Positions 5,807 to 5,837 of a DNA stretch of 5,837 nt are shown in pieces. Both the position numbers and the translations under genes were made by a program. Numbering within the stretch: the first letter of the stretch is position 1; the number at the start of each line of letters is the position of its first letter. This DNA comes from Rotaria socialis (taxonomy: Eukaryota). Under the pieces are notes generated by a model. It was not told the DNA's origin. It saw only the letters and a list, made by a program, of their open reading frames with translations, and did no database searches. The stretch spans positions 67,436 to 73,272 of the forward strand of contig CAJNXB010004379.1 in the NCBI GenBank assembly GCA_905331015.1. The letters are read 5' to 3'.

Positions 5807-5837
5807 ATGTACTTGATAGTCGTGATAGTTATTATTT
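5807..5837 (+). CDS. Possible start of a downstream gene (MYLIVVIVII..., hydrophobic N-terminus), running off the window
   Basis: It is the first ATG downstream of the TATA-like box, in context caaaATGt, and is open to the window end. Only 10 codons are visible. Confidence 0.15.
   Translation, partial: MYLIVVIVII

Noticed and set aside
1-5837. Prokaryotic-style novel system (operon, defence island, CRISPR, integron, phage module)
   Set aside because: Coding sequence is interrupted by GT-AG introns, there are no Shine-Dalgarno-linked ORF arrays, and no CRISPR-type evenly spaced direct repeats. The only confidently identified gene is a metazoan-type SLC16 transporter. I also saw no tRNA or rRNA signatures.

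Overview
This is AT-rich eukaryotic (metazoan-style) genomic DNA, not a prokaryotic locus. It begins at a HindIII site (AAGCTT, 1-6), probably a clone end.

1. Minus strand, 395-2585: one split gene. Ten coding exons joined by nine GT-AG introns of 52-66 nt give a ~550-aa monocarboxylate-transporter-like MFS protein (SLC16/MCT family). The minus-strand ORFs in the supplied track are pieces of this gene, some read through introns.
2. 2586-3960: about 1.3 kb of upstream/intergenic DNA. It holds a 12-bp tandem repeat, clustered GAATCGA motifs and a splice-acceptor-like site 19 nt before the ATG.
3. Minus strand, 3969-4542: two abutting long stop-free frames with no ATG, so they are absent from the track. 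They are candidate exons of a multi-pass membrane-protein gene or pseudogene.
4. 4444-5270: three diverged copies of a ~125-bp module, two direct and one inverted. They overlap the 5' part of item 3.
5. 89-107: a short telomere-like hexamer tract, (CACCCA)3, 3' of the transporter gene.
6. Right end: a TATA-like box and a possible gene start, both weak.

I see no rRNA, tRNA, CRISPR array, transposase or integrase ORF, and no prokaryote-type operon or defence system. The taxon cannot be fixed from the sequence. Tiny introns, AT-richness and the TGTGGG-type tract would fit a bdelloid rotifer or a similar small-intron invertebrate. All homology statements are by-eye comparisons with family sequences recalled from memory; no search was run.
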